A stretch of DNA of 64,000 nt from a virus (lineage: Duplodnaviria; Heunggongvirae; Uroviricota; Caudoviricetes): IMG/VR virus record IMGVR_UViG_3300035661_000015, positions 64,001 through 128,000 of that record; one strand, written 5' to 3'. Position 1 is the stretch's first letter, and every line of letters starts with the position of its first letter. Position numbers and translations under genes: made by a program. Positions 9,000 to 19,730 of the stretch are shown here, one piece after another. The notes beneath the pieces were generated by a model. That model was given only the letters and a program-made list of their open reading frames with translations. It made no database searches and was not told the origin of the DNA.

Positions 9000-9818
9000 A
9001 TCGGTTACGCAAAAATTGAAAACCTTTACAGAGCAAATCATCTATTAGAATGTTATGCTCTTGAGAAAATTCACGGACAATCAGCGTGGATTTATTGGAG
9101 GCCGGACCATATAACTATTCATCCGGAAATTGAAAAATGTGTTCCGAGCAAGTCGGAATTAGCGGAGAAATTTAAAAGGGCGATTGTGGGCGAACCACAA
9201 AAGGTCGACGTTTTTGGCGAACAGTTTGGGGGCAAACTTCAAGGAATGTCGGCGGTCTACGGTAAAGAGACCCGCTTTATGGTCTTCGAGGTTTGTATTG
9301 ATGGCGAATTTTTAAGTGTGCCAGATGCCGAAGAATTTGCCCTTGCCCTTGGATTAAGATTTGTGCCCTATGAAAGAGGCCCCCTAACAAAAGAATTTTT
9401 AGATCAAGAGCGGGACCGCCCATCCTTGGTAGCCATTGTACCGGACGCTATTCGAGAAGGGGTCGTAGTTCATCCCATTTACGAGGCCAAATTTAATAAT
9501 GGGGGCCGCTGGATCTTTAAACATAAGCACGAAAAATTCCGCGAAACCTCTACGCAAAAAGAGCTTAGTCCGGACAAATTAGCTGTTTTGACTGAGGCTA
9601 ATGAAATCGCCCAAGAGTGGGTTACGCCCATGCGATTAAATCACGTTCTACAAAAAACCCCCTTTACTTCTTCCGCTGATATTGGTACAATCATTATTGC
9701 AATGATCGAAGATGTTCGATTGGAGTCAGAGGGCGAAGTTGTTTGGTCGAAAATTGTCGCTTCGGCTATTGGTAAAAGAACAGCAGAATTACTAAAAACA
9801 TATCAGGTGGCCCCATGA
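9000..9818 (+). CDS. RNA ligase (Rnl2-like nucleotidyltransferase), start proposed at ATC 9000
   Basis: Motif I EKIHG lies upstream of the track start at 9186 in the same stop-free frame; GEQFG, FEV, REGVVV, FKHK follow; GAGG 8 nt before the ATC. Confidence 0.75.
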   Translation: MGYAKIENLYRANHLLECYALEKIHGQSAWIYWRPDHITIHPEIEKCVPSKSELAEKFKRAIVGEPQKVDVFGEQFGGKLQGMSAVYGKETRFMVFEVCIDGEFLSVPDAEEFALALGLRFVPYERGPLTKEFLDQERDRPSLVAIVPDAIREGVVVHPIYEAKFNNGGRWIFKHKHEKFRETSTQKELSPDKLAVLTEANEIAQEWVTPMRLNHVLQKTPFTSSADIGTIIIAMIEDVRLESEGEVVWSKIVASAIGKRTAELLKTYQVAP

Positions 9819-10282
9819 ATATTTTTAAAGAATTCCTACATTTATTTGAGTCAAAGATTTATATTAAATTTCTAACTTCACTTGTTGCAAAGTTACCGAC
9901 CAGAGCACATGATGGAGACGCTGGATTAGATATATTTGCTGGCGGTGTAGATGATTATATTTTATTGCCCCATACGGTTACTAAAGTTCCGACTGGAATA
10001 GCTGTAAAGTTTAAAAAGGGCCATGTTTTTAAGATTGAAAATAAATCCTCTTTAGGGTCACAGGGGATCATGGTTATGGGTGGTATTATTGACCATCCAT
10101 ATACTGGTGAAATCAGTATTATGTTAGCGAATATTACGGACGAGGAAATTATTATTCATAGTGGTCAAAAAGTCGCACAAGGTATTCTTTATCCAATCAA
10201 GCTACCTAAGCCTATTAGGGTAGAGTATTTACCTGAAACGAGTCGTGGTTCTAATAGTTTTGGCTCTAGTGGTAAATTTTAA
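9815..10282 (+). CDS. dut: dUTPase (trimeric)
   Basis: AHDGDAGLDI; KSSLG; GIIDHPYTGEI; AQG; RGSNSFGSSG. Confidence 0.95.
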   Translation: MNIFKEFLHLFESKIYIKFLTSLVAKLPTRAHDGDAGLDIFAGGVDDYILLPHTVTKVPTGIAVKFKKGHVFKIENKSSLGSQGIMVMGGIIDHPYTGEISIMLANITDEEIIIHSGQKVAQGILYPIKLPKPIRVEYLPETSRGSNSFGSSGKF

Positions 10283-10297
10283 TTAAGGGGATTTTGT

Positions 10298-10917
<620 letters not shown>

Positions 10918-10921
<4 letters not shown>

Positions 10922-12852
10922 AGTATTATAATTTACATGGTCATAGTCACTATAGTTTGCTGGACGGCCTCCCCTCGCCGTCCGACATTATTAAAAGAGC
11001 TACAAAGATTGGGATGGGGGCGATTGCCCTAACAGATCATGGTTCCTCGTCTGGTATTGTTAAGTTTGAAAAAGCCGCCAAAGAGGCTGGAATTAAAAAT
11101 ATTAACGGACAAGAACTCTATCTTTCTAGAGAACATGCTTCAATTAAAAACCCCACAAATAAAAATTGGGCACATTTAGTCGTATTAGCGAAGAATTTAA
11201 AAGGGTGGAAATCGCTCTTAAAGATTATTGCCGAATCTAATAGGGCCGAATACTTTTATAATAAGCCCCGTCTATCCCTCGATCAATTGGCCCCCTTTCT
11301 CGATGGCAACCTAATTTCTTTTTCTGGTCATCCCGGATCAGAAATGGCCAACATTCTCTTTACTGATTACAAAAAGGCATATGCGGCTAAAACAAAGGGC
11401 GAAGTTTTAAAATATATTGATCCCGACTATTTAAAAAATGGAATCGCCCTTGCTTATAAGTACAGAGATTTGTTTGGAGTCGAAAACTTTTCTCTTGAAG
11501 ATCAGCGAATCGACCGAGAGTTCTTTAAAGCCGCCGATGTTATTTCTGAGTGTCTTGGGGAAATTTCAAGAGCAACCGGAATTCCCCTTGTAGCAACTGC
11601 TGATAGTCACTATACTGATAAAGAGAATGCGGTTGACCAACGGGTTCTTCTCTGTTCCTCTTTACAGACCACATTTTCTAAAGTTCAAGAACAAATGGAT
11701 AATGCCGAAGAAATTGCCCTTGGTAGCTTTTTCCGCTCAACTAATTATCATATTCCTGATGAAAAAGAAATGTTCTCACTATATAAGGGCTCCGAGGAAG
11801 CTATTGCCCGAACGCAAATGATTGCAGATATGTGTGAGAATTATTCAATTTGTAGTAAACCCAAAATACCTATCTTTGATTGTCCTGACGGTATGGACCA
11901 GGACGAATATTTTAAACAGGTTTGTCGAGATGGTTGGAAAAGAAAAATTGCTAAAAAGGTTAAGGGTGACCCCGAATTAAAAAAGACTTATGTGGATCGT
12001 GTTAAATACGAATTGGATACCTTACTACCTATCGGTTTAGGTGGATACTTTTTAATTGTACGGGATTACATTGATCATATTCTTAAGGATGGTGGTTGGG
12101 TTGGAAAAGCACGTGGTTCGGCTTCCGGTTGTTTAGTTAGTTATTTAGCTGATATTACACAGGTTGATCCTATTCCTTACAATCTATTCTTTGAACGATT
12201 TTATAATGCCGGTCGTAATTCACCGGGTCGTATTGCTAATCCAGATATCGATACGGACTTTGAGCCTCAAGATAGGGAAAAGGCGGTTCATTATTGTCGT
12301 AATAAATATGGAAATGATAAGGTTTCAGCCATTTGTAATTTTGGTAGTTTAAAAGGACGAAGCTCTATAAAGGAAGTTTTACGTGTTCATTCAGCCTGTT
12401 CATTCGACGAAATGAATGAGATTACTAACAATATTCCGGACGAAGCTGCAATTTCTGATCAACTACAAGAAATGATCGACGATGGACAAGACCCCTCTAT
12501 TATTATGTGGGCATTGGAAAATAATGGAAAAGAACTTTCTCGTTGGTGTGAATTAAAAGACGACGGAAGTTTAGGGGGTGACCTTGCAGAATTCTTTAGT
12601 CAAGCTATTAGACTAGAAGGATGTAAAAAAAGTCAGGGTAAACATGCATCTGGCTATCTTATTAGTGCGGACCCTCTTGATACTTATTTACCAATGATTC
12701 ACTCTAAATCTAGTGATGATTTAATTTGTGGGTTTGAAGGCAAAGATCTAGAGGAAGCTGGTGGAGTTAAATTTGACTTTTTATCAACAAAAGTTTTAAG
12801 TGTTATGCATGACATAGCGAAAACCTTAAGACAGGACAAATCTCTAATATGA
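10918..12852 (+). CDS. dnaE: DNA polymerase III alpha, N-terminal part (PHP plus palm)
   Basis: HGHSHYSLLDG, ALTDHG, TADSHY; GKARGSASG; NPDIDTDF; HASG; KFDFL near the C-terminus. Confidence 0.95.
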
Positions 12853-12864
12853 GCGGAGAAATAT

Positions 12865-13545
12865 ATGCCTATTAATACCCGACCTATTCTTGTGTATGAC
12901 TTTGAGACTAGCGGTGTAGATCCGTATACCTGCCTACCCTTTGAACTTGGCTGTATCGCCATTGACCCCCAGACTTTTGAAATTATCGAGAATGGGGTTT
13001 TTTGTAGTAAGATGGGGCACTCCGAAGAGGACTTAAATGCTCTAGATCAGGGTAAATTAAATAGTGCCCTTAAGGTCAATAATCTAAAGAGAGAAGATAT
13101 TCTAACGGCCCCCTCTGAACAGGTTGTCTTTAAGGAATTCGCCTCGTTTGTTAAGCGTTTTAATCCCAGTGGAAAAGATTTTACTCGCCCAATCCCCTCT
13201 GGATTTAATATTGATGGATATGATTCAATTATTATTGATCGTCTTTGTAAGAAGTATGGTTATGTAGATAAAGAGGGGCGTCAGGGGCTTTTTTATCGGG
13301 TCTCGCTCGATATGTACAAAGAGATTTTTTGGTGGCTTGACACACTAAAAGACCCGGAGTATATTGGTATGGATAAGCTGCGGGATTATTTTAAAATTCC
13401 TAAGGATGGGGCACATACGGCAACTAAAGACTGTTATGATACTATTTGGCTTATTCAGCGTTTTAATGGTATGAAGAGAAAAATTATTCAGAAGAATGAT
13501 AGGGTGGGAAGGTTAAGGGGGGCTTATGCCAATCAAGAGGCTTGA
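12865..13545 (+). CDS. DEDDh 3'-5' exonuclease (DnaQ/epsilon-like)
   Basis: YDFETSG; GFNIDGYD; HTATKD. Confidence 0.88.
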   Translation: MPINTRPILVYDFETSGVDPYTCLPFELGCIAIDPQTFEIIENGVFCSKMGHSEEDLNALDQGKLNSALKVNNLKREDILTAPSEQVVFKEFASFVKRFNPSGKDFTRPIPSGFNIDGYDSIIIDRLCKKYGYVDKEGRQGLFYRVSLDMYKEIFWWLDTLKDPEYIGMDKLRDYFKIPKDGAHTATKDCYDTIWLIQRFNGMKRKIIQKNDRVGRLRGAYANQEA

Positions 13546-16099
13546 GTGTGGTTGTGAATTCGAGACTGATGAGAATGGAATTATATTTGATCCGGAAAAG
13601 ATTAATCATAATTGCCAACTTACCTATGATTTAATTGGCCAAGGGAATACGGTCGGGGGTTTTCAGATCGAGTCATCTTTGGGGCGACATTGGTGTAAAG
13701 AGGTCAGTCCTCGTGATGAATATAAAGAGGCCCCTATTCTTCAATTAGCTGACGTTATTGCTATTATTCGCCCCGGTATGTTAAAATCTTTTACTAATGA
13801 CGCTGACGGTAAAAGAATTAGTAATACGGAAATGTTTGTTAGGCGAAAAAACGGAACCGAGGAAATAGAATATCCTCACCCATTACTTGAGCCAATTTTA
13901 AATAAAACCTATGGGCTCATGGTTTATCAGGAACAGATTCTAGAAATCTCTAAAGTTATTGGTGGCTTTAACTTAGTTGAGGCCGACTCTCTTAGAAAAG
14001 CTATTGGAAAAAAGGATGCAAAACTATTGGCAGAATGTCGTCAAAAGTTTTTGGATGGTGCTAATCGAGTTGGCTTAATTACGGGAGATAGGGCGGCTGA
14101 ACTTTTTGATACCATTGAAAAGTCTAACCGCTACCTCTTTAATAAGTGCAAGTCGTTTGATACCAAGATGTTGCGACCACTCAGTAGAAAAGGGCAGTCT
14201 CAATATACTTTAGAACATATGTATAAGATTAAAAATGATATTAGTTATGCTAAAAAAACAGGACATCTTAATCTTTATAAAAAATGGAAAAGGTTAAAAA
14301 GTTATGGGACCGCTCATTCACTGTGCTCTGATGGAAGGATTCGCCCAAACGTAATAGTTGATATAAAAGAAGCTGGTATTCAAAAAGTATATCTTATAAC
14401 CCTAGAAAATGGTGCTACCGATAAGTCCACAATTAATCATAAGTACCCAACACCAAATGGAAAATTTTGTCTACTAGATCTTAAGATTGGCGATGAATTA
14501 TACATTAAAGACGAATATGAAAAGGGTAATGGGAAAAAATATGGACATAGTAATTTTTCAAATAAAGATAAGAGGCAGAGTGGCAAAGTGAACGGGGCAT
14601 TTGGTATAAATAATTATGCTTATACTAATGGATCTTATACCGACCTTGTAAATTTTAAAACAATATCCCCAAGGGTATGCTACAGGTGTAATATTAGCGG
14701 AGAAAATAATGGGGTTAGATTAGAAGCTCATCATATTGATGGAGATAGATCTAATAGTAAGCCAGAAAATCTTGAAAATCTATGTGTTTCTTGCCATAAA
14801 AAGACAGAATATAAAAATGGACGAGTCAGGAAAGGTCAAAAGGGTTACCCCTCTCTTACAAGTAAAATTGTCTCTATTGAATACATTGAAGAATGTATGA
14901 CTTATGATGTAGAGATGGCGGGGCCGAATCATAATTTTGTCGTAGACTCAGGTATAGTCACAAGTAATAGCCACTCTGTTGGTTACGCCATGACCTCTTA
15001 TGACACGGTGTATTTAAAGGCCCACTTCCCACGGCATTTTTATCGTTCCGCCCTCGCTTGGTGCTACGAAGAACAAAAGCCCCACGAAGAAATTCGCCGC
15101 CTAGTTAACGATGCCAAAAAGATGAATATCGAGATTTTGCCCCCTAATATTCTCGACATTCGCCCCAAGGATAAAATTATTTCCACAGACCTTAATTTCT
15201 CCGCTAAGCACTTTTATATTAAAAAGGGGTCGATCTACTTTGGTCTAGCCGACATTAAAGATATTTCTGAGAATGTGGTTGAGACAATGTATGCGGTCGC
15301 AAAAGTATGTGAGGATAAGTTGGAAAAACCTTTTGAAAAATTTAATTGGTTAGAGTTTTTAATGTTCTTCACTGAAGAGAAAATTCTAATATCCAGTGGT
15401 AGAAAGGCCGGAATTAATTCTAAGGTAGTTACAAGACTTATTCAGGTCGGTGCTCTCCCCTTTACTCTTGACAGACAACAGATGTTACAAGAGTACGAGC
15501 GTGTTTGGTCAGAGTTAACAGAAAAAGAAAAAGATTTTTGTAGAGACTTATACTTGACAACGCCCGACATTTATAGTACACTGATTGAAGTAATGAACGA
15601 ACTAGAGCCCACTAAGAAAGAAGGGGGTGGGACTTCAAACAAGAATAGATCTGAAATAGTAAGGTCCATGATTGTCCAATTAAAACTACCACCATCTAAC
15701 CTAACAGATACGGCACGCCAAATATCTCAACTAGAGTATGAAGCCCTAGGAGTCCCCCTAACTTGTTCGGCAATGGATGAAAAGAAAAACATGTACTATA
15801 AGAATATGACCTGTAAGGAATTTGCCGAAGGTAAAAAGCAAAAGCCCTATAACTATATTCTTGCTGCCGAAATTAAAATTGTTAGAACTATTAAATGTAA
15901 AAACGGTAATTCGACTGGTAGGGAAATGGCCTTTCTTACTATTGACGACGGTACAATGGAGATTGATAATGTATGTGTATTTCCAGACGATTGGGATAAT
16001 TTAAAAAATTCTATTTATGAAAGGGCTACGACTTTGATTAAGGGTGATAGGGACAGAAACAAGGGAAGTTTAATCGTAAAAGAAGTTTCAAATATATGA
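13526..16099 (+). CDS. dnaE: DNA polymerase III alpha, C-terminal part (fingers/HhH/OB) with intein
   Basis: GGFQIES, AIIRPG, YGLMVYQEQI, LRKAIGKK, FNK|SHSVGY split by the intein, MAFLTIDD OB fold. Confidence 0.92.
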   Translation: MPIKRLECGCEFETDENGIIFDPEKINHNCQLTYDLIGQGNTVGGFQIESSLGRHWCKEVSPRDEYKEAPILQLADVIAIIRPGMLKSFTNDADGKRISNTEMFVRRKNGTEEIEYPHPLLEPILNKTYGLMVYQEQILEISKVIGGFNLVEADSLRKAIGKKDAKLLAECRQKFLDGANRVGLITGDRAAELFDTIEKSNRYLFNKCKSFDTKMLRPLSRKGQSQYTLEHMYKIKNDISYAKKTGHLNLYKKWKRLKSYGTAHSLCSDGRIRPNVIVDIKEAGIQKVYLITLENGATDKSTINHKYPTPNGKFCLLDLKIGDELYIKDEYEKGNGKKYGHSNFSNKDKRQSGKVNGAFGINNYAYTNGSYTDLVNFKTISPRVCYRCNISGENNGVRLEAHHIDGDRSNSKPENLENLCVSCHKKTEYKNGRVRKGQKGYPSLTSKIVSIEYIEECMTYDVEMAGPNHNFVVDSGIVTSNSHSVGYAMTSYDTVYLKAHFPRHFYRSALAWCYEEQKPHEEIRRLVNDAKKMNIEILPPNILDIRPKDKIISTDLNFSAKHFYIKKGSIYFGLADIKDISENVVETMYAVAKVCEDKLEKPFEKFNWLEFLMFFTEEKILISSGRKAGINSKVVTRLIQVGALPFTLDRQQMLQEYERVWSELTEKEKDFCRDLYLTTPDIYSTLIEVMNELEPTKKEGGGTSNKNRSEIVRSMIVQLKLPPSNLTDTARQISQLEYEALGVPLTCSAMDEKKNMYYKNMTCKEFAEGKKQKPYNYILAAEIKIVRTIKCKNGNSTGREMAFLTIDDGTMEIDNVCVFPDDWDNLKNSIYERATTLIKGDRDRNKGSLIVKEVSNI
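14147..14968 (+). mobile_element. 274-aa intein with HNH homing endonuclease, inserted in the DnaE FNK|SH motif
   Basis: Starts Cys (CKSFDT); block B TINH; TYDVEM...HNFVV...TSN followed by Ser; internal CYRC..HHIDGDRSN..NL..LCVSCH. Confidence 0.9.
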
Positions 16100-16374
16100 T
16101 TACTATGGTAATAGAAAAAATTGAAGAGACGGTTGATTCACAGGTAACTTTTGATTCATTAGAAATCGGTGGAATATTTACAGTTATAAATCCAGATATT
16201 TGTAAATATATAAAAATATCTTATGAGAACACAAATAATGTGTTAAAAGTATACAAGAATAGAATTGATAATAAAACACATGTGGAGTGTTTTAGCTTTA
16301 GAGATCTGACTTTTTTAAGTTCTATAAAGATTGACAAATTAAGTAAAGTTACACTTATTTTCGGGGAGATTTGA
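16096..16374 (+). CDS. Hypothetical protein
   Basis: 92-aa ORF coupled to its neighbours. Confidence 0.55.
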   Translation: MITMVIEKIEETVDSQVTFDSLEIGGIFTVINPDICKYIKISYENTNNVLKVYKNRIDNKTHVECFSFRDLTFLSSIKIDKLSKVTLIFGEI

Positions 16375-16838
16375 AAATGGCAAAGAATCATTTGAATGTT
16401 GTAGTAGTTGGCGGAAACCTTACGGCAGATCCGGAGACTGAAATTTTTGCAAGTGGTAAGAGCGTAACCAAGTTTTCGGTTGCTAGTAACCGTTCGTTCG
16501 GCAAAGAAGAAGTTAGCTTCTTTAATTGCAAAGCATGGGGAGATAAGGGCGACGTAATTGCCAAGTATATTAAAAAGGGTATGCCGATTATCGTTCGCGG
16601 ATCAATTATTCAAGAACGATGGGAAACCGATGGCGAAAAACGCAGTACAGTTATTATTAATGTAGAAGACTTTACTTTTGTTTCTAGTGGTAATCCACAA
16701 TCAGAAAACAGTGAAGAAGAAAAACCAGGGGGTAAAGTTGCTCCTAAGGCGTCAGCACCACCAAAGGGTAAAGCCCCTGCTAAAAAAGCCAAGCCGCCCG
16801 TTGATGACGATGACGACGACGATGACGAAGGATTTTAA
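16371..16838 (+). CDS. ssb: Single-stranded DNA-binding protein
   Basis: NVVVVGGNLTADPE; FSVASNR; FFNCKAWG; acidic tail ending DDEGF. Confidence 0.95.
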   Translation: MKMAKNHLNVVVVGGNLTADPETEIFASGKSVTKFSVASNRSFGKEEVSFFNCKAWGDKGDVIAKYIKKGMPIIVRGSIIQERWETDGEKRSTVIINVEDFTFVSSGNPQSENSEEEKPGGKVAPKASAPPKGKAPAKKAKPPVDDDDDDDDEGF

Positions 16839-16862
16839 TTAAAAAACTAAGCGGAGAAAGTA

Positions 16863-16903
16863 GGTGGGGGCGATTCATTGATTTGAGGCCCCCGCCCCTT
16901 TTT
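16863..16903 (+). terminator. Probable intrinsic terminator after ssb
   Basis: GGTGGGGGC...GCCCCCGCC stem followed by CCTTTTT. Confidence 0.55.
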
Positions 16904-16914
16904 GGGAGACCAGT

Positions 16915-17499
16915 ATGTCAGAATGTGAGTATTGTAGAAATAAAGATATTTTTTTTGCCCGATGTAATCTATGTTCTAAAAAATGGTGTTCCAGTCACTG
17001 TGTTCTTATAAACGGAGCGGTATTTGATGTGCTCGATAGAGCCTATTACTGTCAAGATTGTTACGAAGTCATCAAAGGTGTTAAAAAGGATATGGGTGAA
17101 AAAGCCCAAACCGCCCCTATTTCTCCGCTTAAAGAACTTTATAAAATCTATTATGGTAAAGATTGTAAGGATATTTTATATATAGAAGTTACTGGCGGTA
17201 TTGTAGAATTAGAGACGATTATTTACGAAAAATACTGGAATACCCTTGAACGTTTTACTCTTAATCTTTATAGAATAGCATTTTGTGATGGTAAGATGGT
17301 GGAAATATCAAATTGTTTAAATAGAACGCCATACGAGTATTGGTTTGAGCAAATTCCAAAAATCTTTCAGGGAATAGCTGTTCGAAATGGTCACTTAATG
17401 TATTCACAATGCAGGACTCGATACTATAGAGAGTTTGTTTTAGCACTTAGGGAATATAAAGATGAACAAAAAGAAAATTTTATTTGTAACCGAAGCTAG
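16915..17499 (+). CDS. Hypothetical protein with Cys-rich N-terminal zinc-binding domain
   Basis: CEYC, CNLC, CSSHC, CQDC. Confidence 0.6.
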   Translation: MSECEYCRNKDIFFARCNLCSKKWCSSHCVLINGAVFDVLDRAYYCQDCYEVIKGVKKDMGEKAQTAPISPLKELYKIYYGKDCKDILYIEVTGGIVELETIIYEKYWNTLERFTLNLYRIAFCDGKMVEISNCLNRTPYEYWFEQIPKIFQGIAVRNGHLMYSQCRTRYYREFVLALREYKDEQKENFICNRS

Positions 17500-19045
17500 T
17501 TACTTAACTACCGGCTACAGCAACTATACGCGGTGCTTGCTTCAAGAACTACATGATAGCGGCAAGTACGAATTATTTGAACTTGGGTGCTATGGTCACC
17601 AAAATCATCCAGATGTTGCAAAAATCCCCTGGACCTTCTTTGGAAACCTACCAGAGAACGACCAGGAAGCCGCAATTTATAATTCAAACCCATCTAACAT
17701 GTTTGGCCTATGGAAGTTCGACGATATTTGCCTAAAAGTTCAACCCGATATCGTAGCGGATTTTCGGGATGAGTGGTATTTTAATTGGCAGGCTAATTCG
17801 GCCTATCGGGACTTTTTTCATTGGGTTATTCAGCCAACAGTTGATGCTGAACCACAAAATGAAGAGTGGCTTGCGACCTTCCAAAAGGCCGATGCAGTTT
17901 TAACATATCAGGACTGGTCACTTAAGGTTCTTCAAAGGGCCGATCCGTCCGGACTATTAAAATTAAAGGGCTCTGCGGTTTGCGGCATAGAAGATACTTT
18001 TAAAATTATTGGAGATAAGGCGGCCCATAAGAAGAATTGCGGACTAGATCCCGAATCATTTATTATTGGGTTCGCCTCACGCAATCAAATCAGAAAACAG
18101 TTTGGGCCGCTCTTGCGGGACTTTGCTAAACTACTTAGTGAGTTGCCCGCCCACAAGGCCGCAAAAACCCTTCTCTATTTACACACTACCTATCCGGATC
18201 AGGGTTGGGATATTCCACGTTTAATTAAAGAGTATGGGCTAAGTCAAAAGGTTCTCTTTACCTATCAGTGCCAAAATTGCGGGAACGCCAATATTCTACA
18301 CTTCCAGGAGTCGAAGACCTTTTGCCCGACCTGTAAGCAATACGCGGCGGTTCTACCTAATCCTGAGTTTGGCGTTAGTCGCGAAGCACTTGGTTATATT
18401 TATAATTTAATGGACTTGTACGTTCAATATTCAAACTCGGAGGGACTCGGCATAACATCAATTGAGGCAACGAGTTGTGGCGTTCCCCTATTCGCCCCCA
18501 ACTATTCCGCCATGTCCTACGTTGTTGATAAAACCCGTGGAATTAAATTAAAAACCCAAGACCTTATCATTGATCCGACAAATGGCGGCTGTAAAAGGGC
18601 GGTTCCCGATGGTACATCGTTCGTTGCCGAAATTAAAAAATATATGGAATTGCCCTCCGACCTAAAGGAAAAACGCCGCCACGAAACTCGCCGACTCGCC
18701 CTTGAACATTTTTCTTGGAAGAAGTGTGCGGCTAAATGGTCCGAAGTATTTGATACTTTTCCGCTGAAGGATGTAAACACCACTTGGAAATCGCCCCCTA
18801 GGATTTTTACCCCAAACCTTCAATTACCCCAGGGAATTAGCTTCAAAGATGCAGTTAGATGGGGAATTAATAATATTCTCGGCGACCCACGCTTGATGAA
18901 TACTTATATGGAATTGAAAATGGTAAATGATGCGGTCACGTATTCATCCAATAAAATTGACCACATAAATGTCTATCTAAATCAGATGTTACAATTACGA
19001 AATAGCATGAATGCGGCTGAAGAAAAACGGGCAAAGACTTTATGA
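17462..19045 (+). CDS. Glycosyltransferase, GT4/GT-B type, with Zn-ribbon insert
   Basis: TGYSNY start; RNQIRKQ; SNSEGLGITSIEATSCG (ExxGxxxxEA motif); CQNC..CPTC insert. Confidence 0.88.
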   Translation: MNKKKILFVTEASYLTTGYSNYTRCLLQELHDSGKYELFELGCYGHQNHPDVAKIPWTFFGNLPENDQEAAIYNSNPSNMFGLWKFDDICLKVQPDIVADFRDEWYFNWQANSAYRDFFHWVIQPTVDAEPQNEEWLATFQKADAVLTYQDWSLKVLQRADPSGLLKLKGSAVCGIEDTFKIIGDKAAHKKNCGLDPESFIIGFASRNQIRKQFGPLLRDFAKLLSELPAHKAAKTLLYLHTTYPDQGWDIPRLIKEYGLSQKVLFTYQCQNCGNANILHFQESKTFCPTCKQYAAVLPNPEFGVSREALGYIYNLMDLYVQYSNSEGLGITSIEATSCGVPLFAPNYSAMSYVVDKTRGIKLKTQDLIIDPTNGGCKRAVPDGTSFVAEIKKYMELPSDLKEKRRHETRRLALEHFSWKKCAAKWSEVFDTFPLKDVNTTWKSPPRIFTPNLQLPQGISFKDAVRWGINNILGDPRLMNTYMELKMVNDAVTYSSNKIDHINVYLNQMLQLRNSMNAAEEKRAKTL

Positions 19046-19260
19046 TGTATAAGTGGGGAAGATCAAACGCTCAAATATATACAAGAAAAGAAATACTTTC
19101 ACTTAAACTAAAGGGTTTTATATATCGTTCTCTTGTAACGTGGTACGAAGTTTTACAAAAACAATCCTCCGATATTATTTTCGATAGGCAAGATTTATAT
19201 ATTAAAGTATATGGTTTAGATAAAAAATTATTTAAAGGAAAAAGATATAGTTTAAAATGA
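19042..19260 (+). CDS. Hypothetical protein
   Basis: 72-aa coupled ORF. Confidence 0.45.
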   Translation: MMYKWGRSNAQIYTRKEILSLKLKGFIYRSLVTWYEVLQKQSSDIIFDRQDLYIKVYGLDKKLFKGKRYSLK

Positions 19261-19730
19261 AATATCGACAAATTAAATTTAATAATGGTGAACAAAGTTT
19301 AGTAAATCTTGAAAAGTGTGGCTATATCTACATTGATACGAATAAGAGCCTTATTGAGTTTTTTGGCGAGTTCACTGGCGAAAATATTGAGTCTACTGAT
19401 TTTTCTATGAATTATAAGTTCCTATTTGGAACAACCGCAGATAAGGATCATTTAGAAGCTCTTATATATTATTTAAATCAACACAGAGATTTTGAATTAA
19501 TTGAATCAAATACTGAAGATGGTAGAAAACTTATCTTTGCTGTTAATTTTGACAAGTTCATTTACTGTGTTAAGTCTGAAACCGGATGGCGATGTTATTA
19601 TACTAATGATAAATTCATTGATTTGAACTTTGACTTTATTGATATTTTTTCGGTAGTCTTAAAGGCGGTAAGGGAGTTCGACAAAGAGACCCAATATATC
19701 ACTAACCTAAAAAATCAGGAAACCGTATGA
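19257..19730 (+). CDS. Hypothetical protein
   Basis: 157-aa coupled ORF. Confidence 0.6.
   Translation: MKYRQIKFNNGEQSLVNLEKCGYIYIDTNKSLIEFFGEFTGENIESTDFSMNYKFLFGTTADKDHLEALIYYLNQHRDFELIESNTEDGRKLIFAVNFDKFIYCVKSETGWRCYYTNDKFIDLNFDFIDIFSVVLKAVREFDKETQYITNLKNQETV

Noticed and set aside
12852-13526. Split intein or group I intron joining the DnaE halves
   Set aside because: There is no intein N-terminal motif at the end of the first gene and no C-terminal motif at the start of the second. No intron core was recognised, and the intervening gene is a DEDDh exonuclease, not a homing nuclease.
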